A stretch of 64,000 nt of DNA from Azolla caroliniana (lineage: Eukaryota > Plantae > Polypodiophyta), in assembly GCA_043228905.1 (NCBI GenBank), contig JBHGNT010000003.1:15190001-15254000 (forward strand), given 5' to 3'. Positions 37,801 through 50,991 of the stretch are shown in pieces; the first letter of the stretch is position 1, and every line of letters begins with the position of its first letter. The notes under the pieces were generated by a model. It did not search any database. It saw only the letters and a list, made by a program, of their open reading frames with translations, and was not told where the DNA came from. The position numbers were made by a program, and so were the translations under genes.

Positions 37801-40238
37801 TCTTCGGCACAGTAAACTCGAGTCGGATTCCCTTCGAGCGACAGTACTCCGCGAACTGCCCCCGGTATTCCCCTCCGTTATCCGCTCGTATCGCTTTCAG
37901 CTTCTTGCCGGATTCCCTTTCCACTCTCGCGTGAAGTTCTTTGAAGACGCACAACACTTGGTCCTTTGTCTTCAACGGTGCCGTCCACAGCTTCCGGCTG
38001 TGGTCATCAATGAATGTCACGAAGTACTGGGCTCCGCCATGTGACTTCGTTTCTACCTGACACACATCAGTGTGCACCAGCTCCAATGGTGCACTACGTC
38101 TCGTCGGTGGCCTTGAGTGGAAGGAGGTTCGGTTCTGCTTACCGGCCAGGCAATCGGTGCACTTCTCCAGGTGCACATGCTTCACTGGAATGAGGTTGTC
38201 TTCTGCAAGCCTCTTCATCCCCTTCTCACTCATGTGACACAGTCTTTTGTGCCACAGCTCACCGGCAGTGTCGGCTGCCACATTCAGCTCTTCCGAACAT
38301 AACCGGGCATTCATCAGGTACAGTGTGTTGACCTTCCGGGCCCGAGCCACTATCAGGCTCCCCTTGCTGAACTTCATGACACCGTTCCGGATGCTACCCG
38401 TGTAGCCTTCATCATCTAGCCTCCCGGCCGAGATCAGGTTCAATCGAACCTCCGGAACGTGTCGGACATCCTTCAGCAGCATTTTGCATCCGGTCGGGGT
38501 TGTCAACCACACGTCTCCTATGCCGGCAATCCGGCACGTACCTTCATTTCCCATCCGAACACAGCCATGCTCACCGACTGTGTAGGATGAGAAGTATCTT
38601 CTCTCCGGGGTCAGGTGGAACGATGCTCCGGAATCGACCACCCAGGTCGTCTCATCGCCGGCAATGTTTAGTTCACCTTCTTCGGTGATGAGCATGATTT
38701 CTTCCTCACTTGCCGCGAGTGCCGTTGTTCCTTTCCGGTCCTGCCCTCGCCGATCCGAACCTCTCCGGTCCGTGGCTCCCCGGTATGCACCGTTTCTCTC
38801 CGGTGACTTCTTCGAATCGGTGTCGTCGGCTCCGTTGTCTTTTCGGTAATGCCGACAATTCTTTCGGAAGTGCCCCGGCTTCCCACAGTGGAAGCATGTG
38901 GGCCTTCCTCTTGACTGCGACCGGGTCCCCGACTTCTCCCGTCTTTGCGGACTCCGGTTCCATTGTATTCCCCGATCCGATTCGGTAAGCAGCGCCTTCG
39001 AGTCGGAGGCCGGTTCTTTGTCTCTCCGACGCGCTTCTTCGTTCAAAATACTTGTCTTTACCGTTTGTAAGGACAAGTTATCTTCGGTGCAGGAGGTGCT
39101 GAGAGTCACCACCAAGTTCTCCCAGCTTTCCGGCAATGTACACATCAGGATGATGGCTTGCATTGCATCCTCCAACGGGAACTTGATCGCCGCAAGCTGG
39201 TTCACGAATCCCATGAACGTGCTTACGTGTTCCACCATACTCTCGCCGTCCCGATACTTGAGGTTCACTATCTTCCTCATCAGGGAGGTCCGGTTCAACG
39301 CATTCTTCCTCTCGTAGAGGCCCGACAGCTTCTTCCACATCTCATATGCGTTGGTGTCGTTCGCCACATGTTGTAGGACGCTTACATCGACATATTGTCG
39401 GATCGTCGCTACGGCTTTCCGGTTCAGGAGCTTCCACTCCGACTCAAGTACCCCTTTCGGTATTTCCGACCTGTCAATCGGTTCGTACAGGTCCCGAACA
39501 ATCAGAAGATCCTCCATCTTGATCTTCCAGTCGGCGTAATTCTGCGCATTCAGCACCATCATCCCCGGCTGCCCGCTGCCGCCGCCTTCCATTTTCTGCA
39601 ACAGCTCGCTCTGATACCAGATTGTTGGGAATCGACGCTTCGATTCACCTTCACCACTCGGCCACAACCGAGTAATCGCGAATCAATGCAGCAGAAAATA
39701 GGAACCAAAGAGAGAAACACACGAATACACAGGGATTAACGTGGAAAACCCTAGATGGGAAAAACCACGGGAGTACAAGACTCCAAACCAACACTATACA
39801 AAGAGAAGTATACAATGGCGAGCTGCAAGGCGACGACCTTGAGCTCGCTGTCCTCGCCACAGACGGCGGAAATACACAGAGGCGTCGTCCTCTTCCTCTC
39901 TCGCGCTCTATCTCTCTCTCTCTCTCTCTCTCACGGCTGCTCCCTCTTCACTCCTCTTGAGTGGAAAAACAGAAAAATGATCAGCAACACTAAAACTATT
40001 TGCCCTAAGTCATATTTATACATATATGACTTTGGGGCTATTTACAACCATAGCCTCAGGGGCCCTTAGCAGACATATTCACGGATATGTCCCTGCATCC
40101 GGATCTCTCTCCGGGTACATTCGTCATCCGGCTCCGAAGTCGGGGTCTTCATCATCCGGTTCCGAAACCGAAACCGGGCTTGTCGGCATTCATCTCCGAC
40201 ATCCGACCATCCCATCCGAAGGGACCGTAATCCCAACA
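34890..40238 (-). mobile_element. Full-length young Ty1/Copia retrotransposon, copy A
   Basis: 616-bp LTRs at 34890-35505 and 39623-40238 (about 2 differences seen), TSD GAGTT, PBS TGGTATCAGAGC at 39619-39608, PPT at ~35506-35520. Confidence 0.98.
35516..39592 (-). pseudogene. Copia gag-PR-INT-RT-RH polyprotein (copy A) interrupted by one in-frame TAG at 36620-36622
   Basis: ATG at 39592 (MEGGGSGQ), then CFHCGKPGHFRKNC, WVVDSGAS, IRADNGGEY, SLYGLK*APRQWY, LYVDDML and SRTKHI in a single frame. Confidence 0.95.
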
Positions 40239-40843
40239 GAGTTCAAATCTTGATATGATTGTTGTCATGTTTGTGACATTATCCTCCCCTTTACGACCGC
40301 CTTTTCGAAAGCATGGTGTAGGGGTGAGTTAAAAGAGAAAACCAAAGTACGCGGAGGAGTGACTAACCATAAGCACTCCTCACTAGAAATAGGAACACGG
40401 GTCAACGCAAGAGACCATGTGTGTTCCTCACCGGAGACTGGAACGCCAAGGGGGTGAGCGACCATGTGCGGTCCTCGCCGAATACTGGAACACCAACATG
40501 AGTGTGAGCAACTACGTTTAGATCTCACCGGAGACTGAAACACCAACGTGAGTGTCAACGACCATGTACGGTCCTCACCGAGAACTAGAACACCTACGAC
40601 CATGAGCGACCATGTGGAGTCCTCACCGAAGACGTGAACACCAATGGGCGTGAGCAACCATGTCTGGTCCTCACCAAAGACAGGAACACCAACAGACGTG
40701 AGCGACCACGTGCAGTCGTCACCGGGAAGTGGAACACCAATGGACATGAACGACCATGTGTGGTCCTCACCGGGAACTGGAACACCAACGAGCATCAGGG
40801 ACCATGTGCGGTCCTCACCGGGAATGGGAACACCAACGGGCGT

Positions 40844-41006
40844 GATGCCTCCCAAAGAGTAACGGAGATGTGCGAAGGTAGGCTCAAGCTAATATTCTGA
40901 CATCTTGTGAGCGTAATAGTATAAGCTTGCCCGACTGTAAGACTTAACAGTCAAGCAGGGACGAAAATCGGCCATAGTGATCCGGGAGTCCCGTGTGGAA
41001 CGGCTC
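40844..41006 (+). pseudogene. rrn26: Organellar LSU rRNA fragment (plant mitochondrial 26S-like; NUMT)
   Basis: gatgcctcccaaagagtaacggag..gcgaaggtaggctcaagctaa..gtgagcgtaat.gtataagc..cggccatagtgatccgggagtcccgtgtggaa matches bacterial-type LSU domain V and, from memory, the plant mitochondrial variant. Confidence 0.85.
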
Positions 41007-41009
41007 GTT

Positions 41010-43807
41010 GTCGGGGCAAATCCGATGTCATCTCCTAGGGTATTTCCACCTAGGATCCCACACCGCCATATCCTCAATACTTTCCTCACTCCCCTGGATC
41101 CTCTACCCCTTTCGAGGCCTTGGGGAATACACTCAGTCATCCTCGAGGCAGGGCACATCTCATCATATGATCTCTTGTCCCATGCCACTCCTGGGTATTG
41201 TAGCCCATAAGCGGCCGAATTTCGTTGCAACCCGTGTACTAGTGACGAAGCTAGGCCTCTTTTTCGACATTCGGGTCCACGCTCTAAACGAGTTGTACGA
41301 TCGATACTTCCAACACTAGGATATCATTGTAGTATAGTGGTGAGTATTCCCGCCTGTCACGCGGGTGAACTAGGTTCAATCCCCGGCAACGGCGCGAAGG
41401 GCGGGATGACTCCAATCTCATCTCGCACCGCCATATCCTCAGTGCTTTCCTCGTTCCTTGTAGGGATGCTCTACCCCTTTCGAGCCCTTGGGGCGTACAA
41501 TCGGTCGTCCACGAGGCAGGGAGCATATCATCATATGATTTCTCATACGAGTGCACTCTTGGCTATTACCAACCATGAGGGGACGAATTTCATTGCAACC
41601 CATGTACTAGTGATGAAACCGGGCCTCGTTTTCGACATTCCGGTCCTTGCTCCAAATGAATTGTACGATCGATACTTCGAACACGAGGATGTCGTTGTAG
41701 TGTGGTGGTGAGTATTCCCGCTTGTCATGCGGGTGACCCGGGTTCGATCACCGGCAATGGCGAGAAGGGCGGGGCGAATCCGATGTCATCTCCTAGGGCA
41801 TTGCCGCCTAGGATCTCGCACCGCCTTATGATCTATGCTTTCCTCGTTCCCCAGGATCCTCTACCCCTTCGGAGCCCTTGGGGTGTACAGTCGGTCGTCC
41901 ACGAGCCAGGTCGCATTTCATCCTATGATCTCTCATCCGACTGCATTCTTGGGTAAAGCGGTCGAATTTCATTGCAACCCGTCGGCCCAACTTTCGACAT
42001 TCGGGTCTTTGCTCCGAACAAGTTGTACGAACGATAGTTCCCACACAGGGATGTCATTGAAGTATAGTGGTGAGTGTTCCTGCCTGTCACGCGGGTGACT
42101 CGGGTTCGATCCCCGACAACGGCGAGAAGGGCAGGGCAAATCCAATTTCATCTCGTAGGGCATTGCCACCCAGGATCCCGCACCGCCGTATCCTCAATTC
42201 TTTCCTCGTTCCCCCAGATCCTCTACCCCTTTCGACCCCTTGGGGGGTGCAGTCGGTCATCCGCAAGGCAGGGCACATGTCATCATATGATCTCTCCTCC
42301 GACTGCACTCTTGGGTATTCCCATCCATAAGCGGACGATTTTTGTTCCAACCCGTGTACTAGTGATAAAACCGGGTCTCGATTTCGACATTCGGGTTGAT
42401 CGATAATTCCAACATGAGGATGTGGTTGTAGTATAGTGGTCAGTATTCCCGCCTGTCACAGGGATTACCCAGAATCAATCCCCCAAATCCTCTACCCCTT
42501 TCGAGTCGTTGTGGGGTACAATCGGTCGTCCGCAAGGCAAGGCACATATTACCATATGATCTCTCGTTCAAGTGCACTCCTACGTATTGTCGCGCATAAG
42601 CAGACGAATTCTTTTGCAACCGGTGTACTGGAGACAAAACCGGGCCTCGTTTTAGACATTCGGCTCAATCGATACTGCAAACAGAAGGATATTCCCACCT
42701 TTCACGCAAGTAACCCGGGTTCGATCCTGGGCAACGGTACGGAGGGTAGCGGAAATCCCATGTCATCTCCCAGGACATTGCCGCCTAGCATCCCGCACTA
42801 CCATATCCTCAATGCTTGCCTCGTTCCCCCGGATCCTCTACCCCTTTCGAGCCCTTGGGGGGTATAGTCAGTCGTCCGCGATGCAAGGTGCGTGTCATCA
42901 TATGATCTCTCGTCCAACTACACTCCTGGGTATTGCCGCTCATGAGCGGATGAACTTCGTTGCAAACCCTGTACTACCGACGAAACCAGGCCTCATTTTC
43001 AACATTCGGGTCCATGCAGAGAACGAGTTGTATGATCGATACTTCCACCACGAAGATGTGGTTGAAGTATAGTGGTGAGTATTTCCGCCTCTCACGCAGT
43101 GACTCAGGTTCGATCCCGGGCAACAGTGAGAAGTGCAAGGTGAATCCCATGTCATCTCCCACGACATTGCCGCCTAGCATCCCGCACCGCCATATCCTCA
43201 ATGCTTTCCTTGTTCGCCTGGATCCTCTACCCATTTTGAGCCCTTGGGGGGTACAGTCGGTCGTCCACGAGATCGGGCGCATATCATCATATGATCTCTT
43301 GTCCGATTGCACTCCTACATATTGCCACCCATAAGTGGACGAATTTCGTTGCAGCTCCTATCATCATATGATCTCTCGTCCGCGACGTAGAACGCATATC
43401 ATCATATGATCTCTCGTCCAACTGCAGTCTTGGGTATTGCGACCCATGAGCGGACGAATTTTGTTGAAACCGCTCATTTTCGACATCCGGGTCGATTGAT
43501 ACTAAACACGAGGATGTCCTTATAGTATAGTGGTGAGTATTATCGCCTGTCATGCGGGTGACGCGGGTTCGATCCCCGACAACGGCACGAAGGCGGGGGC
43601 GTATCCAATTTTATCTCCTAGTGCATTCCTGCCTAGGATCCCGCATTGCCTTATCCTCATTGCTTTCCTCGTTCCCCCATATCCTCTACCCCTTTCGAGC
43701 CCTAGGCGGGTACATTCGGTCGTCCGCGAGGCAGGTCGCATATAATCATATGATCTCTCGTCCGACTACACTCTCGGGTAAAGCGGGCGAATTTCGTTGC
43801 AACCCGT
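41010..43807 (+). repeat. tRNA-Asp(GTC)-containing tandem satellite, block 1 (~7 tRNA-like copies)
   Basis: tRNA-like copies at 41323-41394, 41691-41762, 42053-42124, ~42422 (partial), ~42688 (partial), ~43058-43128 and 43516-43587, separated by a conserved ~300 bp spacer. Confidence 0.95.
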
Positions 43808-45369
43808 TGTCGCGAAAATACGACGAGGATACGCGAACTTGAGGCAGGACCCCGGGGCCTCCGACCGAAGGATAATCACATGTGTGCGTTTATATTTTAA
43901 CAATTCACAGAAAGAAGAAATTTAATAATTTTCATTAACAAAGGAAAAAGAAATTACAATATGTCCCAAGATTGGGATTTAGAAGTTTTAGGTTTACTAA
44001 GATTAATAGAAAAGAAAAAAATTAGGGGTTTTGAGAGATATCGCTTCCGTAGGGAAGATTAGGATTAGGTTATATGAGTATTATGGCTTCCGTAGGGAAT
44101 TTTTAGGGTTTTCGAGAGTTATGGCTTCCCTAAGATAAGGGAGTTGAGAAGAAAAAAAAAAAAATATGGAGAGTCTATCCTAGTGTAGGAAAAAAAATGG
44201 AATAAAAATGGAGTTCTCCCTTGATCATAACTTTTTCACTTTTTGTTGCATGGCCTCTACTTTTAGTTGCCTAGCTTTTTCTTTTGGTTGCATGTGACTG
44301 TCCACATGACCTTTACTTTTTCCATGCACTCCCTTCTTTACTTGCTTGCGTCCACATGGCCTTTACTTTAGTTCTCTTCACTTTACTTTAGTTTGTTGCA
44401 TGATCCAATCTTTCATCCGTCCGCGTCCAACATCGTCCGGTAGCCGATTCCATTTTGCTTGCCGGTCGGTTCCGGTTCCGATTTTGCTTGCCGGCCGGTT
44501 CCGGTTCCGGTTTGCTTGTCGGTTCCGGTTCCGGTTTCGATTTTGCTTGCCGGCCGGTTCCAGTTCCGGTTTTGCTTGCCGGCCGGTACCGGTTTGCCTG
44601 CCGGTTCTGGTTCCGGTTTTGCTTACCGGCCGGTTTCCGGCTTTGCTTGCCGACCGGTTTCCAGCTTGCATACCCGTTCCAGTTCCGGTTTGCTTGCCGG
44701 CCGGTTCCGGTTTTGCATACCGGCCGGTTTCCAGATTGCATACCGGCCCGTTTCCGGATTGCTTGCCGGTTCCGGTTCCGGTTTCGATTTTGCTTGATGG
44801 CCGGTTCCAGTTCCGGTTTTGCTTGCTGGCCGGCACCGGTTTACTTGCCGGTTCCGGTTCCGGTTTTGCTTACCGGCCGATTTCCGGCTTTGCTTGCCGA
44901 CCGGTTTCCGGTTTGCATACCCTTTCCAGTTCCGGTTTGCTTGCCGGCCGGTTCCAATTTTGCATACCAGCCGGTTTCCGGATTGCATACCGGCCCGTTT
45001 CCGGATTTGCTTACCGGGCCCATTTCCAAATTTGCTTATCGGCCAATTTCCGGTTTTAGGGAATTTGGCCACCATCATCCATCAAGACAAAGTGGCCAAA
45101 GTGCTCTTAGCACAAATGAAAAATGAGGGAGCTCAAGGTGTTTATATAGCCAGGGCCTTAACTTTCCTATCTATGTGGGATAGTTCTAATTTCTCTATCT
45201 AATCAAACTTCATTTTCTCATAACTTGATATGTATTTCTCCATTTTGTATATAGTAAAATACATTTTGAAGCTCTTGAGTATATCCATCTTTCTATAGTA
45301 AGCTACTAATCTAATCTATAATAATTATTTCATTATTTTTTTACATAGTGTGTGAAGATTCACACGACA
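43808..45369. mobile_element. 1.56 kb solo-LTR-like insertion in the satellite, with an internal CCGG-rich minisatellite (~44440-45060)
   Basis: TGTCG...CGACA termini with a 4-bp duplication CCGT (43804-43807 / 45370-45373); the satellite unit resumes in register. Confidence 0.85.
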
Positions 45370-45455
45370 CCGTGTACTCGCGACGAAACCAGGCCTGGTT
45401 TTCAACATTTGGATCCATGCTCCGAATGAGTTGTACGATCGATACAACCGTCAAT

Positions 45456-45527
45456 GTCGTTGTAGTACAGTGGTGACTATTTCCGCCTATCACGCGGGTG
45501 AGCCAGGTTCGATCCCCGACAACGGCG
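45456..45527 (+). pseudogene. tRNA-Asp-derived copy (anticodon mutated to ATC) in a satellite remnant
   Basis: gtcgttgtagtacagtggtgactatttccgcctatcacgcgggtgagccaggttcgatccccgacaacggcg. Confidence 0.85.
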
Positions 45528-45783
45528 AAGGGCGGGACGAAACCGATGTCATCTCCTAGGGCATTGACGCCTCGGATCCTGCACCCCCATATCCTCAATT
45601 CTTTCCTCGTTCCCCTGGATACGGTCGGTCGCATATCATTATATAATCCTCTCCCCTCTCAGTTTTTTAATTATGTTCTTTAATCTCGTTTTTTTATTTT
45701 TAGTTTTAATCCTAAACTTAATTTCCTATCCCACTCCCGCCTTCCTCCTCTACACCAAGCACTTTTACGATTCAGGGGCGCTT

Positions 45784-48700
45784 TGTCATGACATGTAGAT
45801 GTAGTAAGCTCAACTTGCGCATAAAAAACTCTACTCACTTGACTTGATAAAATGGAACCACGACTAGGGACTAACTCTACATATCTAGGATGGTCCAACC
45901 AAATGGCTCCTATTTTGGCCAGACTTACTCGTTTAACACATCCTCTAATTGACTCAAGACGTCGAATCTATTCTCATGGCATGGTCTATTAGGCTTATTG
46001 ACATTATTAGAATTAACAATGGAGCTCGAAGTAGGAATATCATGTGCACTTACTTCGCATACTTGACGTCTAGGTTTATGTGGACAATCCACGACGATAT
46101 GTCCTGGACCACGGCAATATAGTCATAGGCGGTGCGCCCGACTTCATTGTTTCTCAGCATTGGATAAAGGTACTAGACGTTGTGTTGTCTCTATTGCCAT
46201 CAGAGTTGGTCAATCCCTTGTAACGGGTCTGGAAACTTGTGGGGGTGTTGCGACTACGGAAGCATGCGTTTGTTCTGGTTGGTGGTGTAACATTTGTTGG
46301 TGCTCATAACGTCTCTCAGAGCTCAACTAATAGCCTCTGTTAGAGACTTCGGATTGTCATGGAAAGTAAGTAGAAGATCTTTGACGTCATTACGCAAACC
46401 TTGACAGAATTAATCCATTAAAGCCACCTCATCCCAAGGGATATCACATGCCAAGGGGACGAAAATCAGCTGCATATGCTAATGCGGGATGATCTCCTTG
46501 CCGGAGTCTTCAAATCTTGTTTATCACCGTCTTAGTGTTGTTGGTGTCTACAAAACTAGCCTGAAACTCCTTAACAAATGCCTCAAAATCGTCTAACAAT
46601 GGTGATTTCTTCTCAAGAAGCAGTGCAAAACATGCTAATGTGGTACCACATAACAAGGTTCGCACTAATCCAACACGAGCCGTGTCAGTTGGGTACCGAT
46701 TGGGATGTAACTGAATAACCAAACGGACTTGATTCAAAAAACCTCGAAATAAAGACCTCGTACCATCAAATTTGGCAAGGAGACTAATCTTTGGTTCTCG
46801 AGGGGAGTTTTGAGCCCCCGACGCTTGTTCCCCTAAGGACAATATAGTAGCCTCGAGTTGGTGAACCCGTTGTGATAATTCTTGAACTTGTTGAGTTCTT
46901 TCGGTACTCACTTGTTGTAGGTCGCCCAATAGCCTTTGATTTTCATGCTCTAATGCCACAAATTTATTCGTGAGCATGTCGAGCTCGGAGAGAACACGGA
47001 TATATTCTTGTTTGCTCACGGACTCCACGAGGAATGAGGGGAGAGGAGAAGAAATAAGAGAACTTGTGGAAGAGGGAGAAAATGGAAAAAAATGGGTTCA
47101 AACTGTCAAGACAAAGAGAGAGAAAAAAGGGAAAGAGATATATTGATGAGTCGGAAAGAGAGAATTGAAAAGAAATTATTGTATTGCGATATCAGATGGA
47201 GTACATAGAGTAGGCAATAGGGAGCTATAGGATGGTGTTGAACCAATTTGGTTTTTGAATGGTTGATAACTCCTTATTTATAACTCTTTATAGAGGAATC
47301 TAGAACACTCTAGAATATTATGGGGTAATCTAGTAATCTAGAAGGTTTATAGCGTATTCTAGAAGGTTCTAGCATATAGAACACTCTAGAATACTCTAGG
47401 ACATTCTAGAATATAAAGTAATTCAGAATATCCTTATGATATTAGATTATATATTCTAAAAACAATACACATAAACTTGTTATTACAATGGTTAAGGATT
47501 TGACATGCGTATAACAAGGTTGTGGGTTCAATTCCTTTCTAGACAAAATGTGAGTGTCGTCATGACACTATCCCCCTTCTTTGACGACACATCTCACAGG
47601 TCACAAGATTCGTAGTAGGACCTGGTTTATGAGGATATTCGCGATGAAATGTGGTGACCATGTCCGCGGCATTGGAAAAATTTGCAGCAGGTTCCCAAGT
47701 TCGATCGTTGGGGGTATAGCCCAGCCAATCAACCAAGTAATACAACTTGTTGCGCACGATTTTAGAATCAAGAATGGCGGCAACCTCAAATTCGGGTACT
47801 TCCAAGAACTCAACTAGTGGCGGAGGAGTTGTAATACGGCCTGGAATTGAACTGCTGGTGTAAGGTTCTAAAAGGGATACGTGGAAGACTGGAGGGCGGC
47901 CAAGACGATATACAACATCACTTATCTTACCAGTGATCATGTATGGGCCAAAATGTTGGTAATTCAATTTACAAGAAGGCCGAGTAGTCTTGATGTTGTG
48001 TTGGAGAATCCATACACGATCCCCAACACAGAATTTTTTGGAGGAATCTAGGCGATGGTGATCTGCAAGCCTCTTGTGTGTAACTTGTGCATCATGTAAA
48101 TTGTGAAGAATAGCAGCGTGAATTTCTTGGAGGCGACTAAGACGATCCGCAGTAGCAAGGTTGATAGGCACTTGTGGATGCGCATTCATTGTCCACCGAG
48201 GATGGTGGCCCGTATTTGCGTAAAATGGGGAATAACCCGTAGAAGAATGGACCGAGTTGTTGTAAGCGAATTCAGCCAAGTGCAGAAAATCAACCCAATC
48301 ATCTTGTTGGTAGTTGATGAAACAACGACGATATTGCTCCAATGTCTGGTTGGTACGCTCAGTTTGGCTATTAGTCTCAGGATGATAGCCCGAACAAAGC
48401 TGAGCCGAAATTCGGAGAAGTTTGAGTATATGCTTCCAAAACTTTGAAATAAATTGTGGATCCCGATCACTAATAATATCTTCCGGAAGACCATGGTGCT
48501 TAAATAGCTCCCGCATAACTAGATCGACCACCTCTTGACTAGTAATAGACTTCGTACATGGCACGAAATGTGCCATTTTGGTAAGTCGATCAACCACTGT
48601 GAGAATTGCATCATAACCTTTTGAAACTGGGAGATCGGTAATGAAATCCAAGGATATAGACTTCCAAGGATTTTCCAGAATGGGAAGTGGTTGTAGTAAG

Positions 48701-49752
48701 CCATAGGATCGGTGTTGAGGACTCTTTGATGGACAACAGGTATCACAACTGCGAACATACTCCTCAACAAAATGACGAAGGCGAGGCCACCAATATTGTC
48801 GAGAAACTAATTCTAGACTTTTGCGAACTCCAAATTGTCCAGCCATTGGTGAGTCATGGCAATGTTTTAGAACTTGTGGTCGTGGGGAACCATCAGAAAC
48901 ATACAATAGGTTTTGTCGAAATAGAAAACCACCATGCAAATAGAACAAACGATAGTCTTGCTGAGGGTTTTTCGACTGCAAACTAGAATCACGATCTCGG
49001 ACAATATGATCCAAAACCTCCTTGGCAAATTCATCAATGACCATATGATCTCGAATGGAATCAAGAAGAGTGGAATCTTCAAGTGTTGTTATAGCATTAA
49101 CTACCATTAATCGTAGGCAATTAGGACCCAAAAGGATTTGTTTTTTATGCTCAAATGTAGGTTCCCCTAGACGAAGTTCCCTATAAGGTTTACCTTGCTT
49201 CATCCCAGGGCAATATATGATTACAAAGTCAAAGTAAGTCAAAAATTGCGCCCCCCGGGCTTGTTGCTGACTCAAGAATCGAGCATTTTGAAAATATGTC
49301 AAGTTCTTAGGATCATTGTAGAGAATGATCTGCTGAGAAGGGCATTCTAGAAAATGTCGCCATTGTAGAAAAGAGTCCACGATTACAAGAAGTTCTTTGT
49401 CATGGATCTCGTAGTTGATCTCTGCAGTTTCAAATTTCGGGAATGAAAGGCAACAAAGATTATGTTTGGCAAATTGCCAAGAACTATATGAATTGGCTCG
49501 GACTCCTTGACTATATCACCTGATGCTATGGGACAGCCATCAATGACTCCTACGACTACTAGGTTCGGGAGCTTATTCAAGAGGATGTTTTGTGACAATG
49601 CAAAGTCACGATCCATGAAACAAGAGTTAGCTTCAGAATCTAGGATGGCAGAGGCTAGGACTCGATGACACGTAGATGTGGTAAGCTCAACTTGCGCAAA
49701 AAAAACTCTACTCGCTTGACTTGATAAAATGGAACCACGACTAGGGACTAAT
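45784..49752 (-). mobile_element. Chromovirus (Tcn1-like) Gypsy: PR/RH/INT-chromodomain (49740-47560), PPT, LTR 47566-47104, then a second gag (47028-~45890)
   Basis: ORF 47560-49380 has integrase motifs WKSISLDFITDLP and IISDRDPQF, GPY, and chromodomain YLVDWLGY...TWEP. PPT agaagggggatag; LTR TGTCATGA...TGACA; gag KFDGTRSLFRGFLNQV. Confidence 0.92.
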
Positions 49753-50991
49753 TGGGATCCTGCACCGCCATATCCTCAATTCCTTCCTCGTTCCCCCGGA
49801 TCCTCTACCCCTTTCAAGCCCTTGGGGAGTACAGTCAGTCGTCCCCGAGGCAGGTCGCATATCATCATATAATCCTCTCCCCTCTCAGTTTTCTAATTAT
49901 GTTCTTTAATCTCATTTTTTTATTTTTAGTTTTCATCCTAAAGTTAATCTCCTATCCCCACTCCCGCCTTCCTCCTCTACACCGAGCACTTTCACGATTC
50001 AGGTACGCTCTGTCATAACATGTAGATGTGGTAAGCTCAACTTGCGCATAAAAAACTCTACTCACTTGACTTGATAAAATGGAACCACGACTAGGGACTA
50101 ACTCTACATATCTAGGATGGTCCAACCAAATGGCTGCTATTTTGGCCAGACTTACTCGTTTAACACATCCTCTAATTGACTCAAGACGTCGAATCTATTC
50201 TCATGGCATGGTCTATTAGGCTTATTGACATTATTAGAATTAACAATGGAGCTGGAAGTAGGAATATCACGTGCACTTACTTCGTATACTTGACGTCTAG
50301 GTTTATGTGGACAATCCATGAGGATATGTCCTAGACCACCGCAATATAGACATAGGCGGTGCGCCCGACTTCGTTGTTTCTCAGCATTGGATAAAGGCCC
50401 GAGACGTTGTGTTGTCTCTATTTCCATCAGAGTTGGTCGATCCCTTGTAACGGGTCTGGAAACTTGTGGGGGTGTTGTGACTACGAAAGCATGCGTTTGT
50501 TCTAGTTGGCGGTGTAACATTTGTTGGCGCTCAGAACGTCGCTCAGAACTCGACTAATAACCTTTGTTAGAGACCTCGGATCGTCATGGAAAGTAAGTAG
50601 AAGATCTTTGATGTCATTACGCAAACCTTGATAGAATTGATCCATTAAAGCCACCTCATCCCAAGGGATATCACATGCCAAGGGGACGAAAATCAGCTGC
50701 ATACACTAATGCGGGATGATCTCCTTGCCGGAGTCTTCAAATCTTGTTTATCACTGTCCTAGTGTTGTTGGTTTCTCCAAAACTAGGCTGAAACTCCTTA
50801 ACAAATGCCTCAAAATCGTCTAACAATGGTGATTTCTTCTCAAGAAGCGGTGCAAACCATGCTAATGTTGTACAACATAACAAGGTTCGCACTAATCCCA
50901 CACGAGTCGTGTCAGTTGGATACCGATTGGGATGTAACTGAATAAGCAAACGAACTTGATTCAAAAAACCTCGAAATAAAGACCTCGTACC

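Larger units (their letters stand above)
34435..40840 (-). mobile_element. Chromovirus-like Gypsy 3' end: LTR (40278-40244 plus 34889-34435) split by the young Copia, PPT and 48-bp tandem repeats (~40400-40840)
   Basis: TGTCAC...GTGACA termini; minus-strand PPT aaggggagg immediately adjacent (~40283-40291); repeat unit gaccatgtgcggtcctcaccgg...gaacaccaa. Confidence 0.8.

Noticed and set aside
39593-39667. ORF-track N-terminal extension MWPSGEGESK... of the Copia polyprotein (also 55693-55767)
   Set aside because: It runs through the LTR and PBS; the plausible start is the ATG at 39592 (55692 in copy B).
35293-39739. Plus-strand ORFs antisense to the Copia polyprotein (also in copy B)
   Set aside because: Shadow ORFs of a GC-rich coding strand with no recognisable domains.
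40889-43842. Many short ORFs (MVSIPACHAGD...) here and at 57-64 kb
   Set aside because: They are translations of the tRNA satellite, with inconsistent frames and stops between copies.
44346-45202. Overlapping 110-240 aa ORFs in most frames
   Set aside because: Artefact of a stop-poor CCGG minisatellite.
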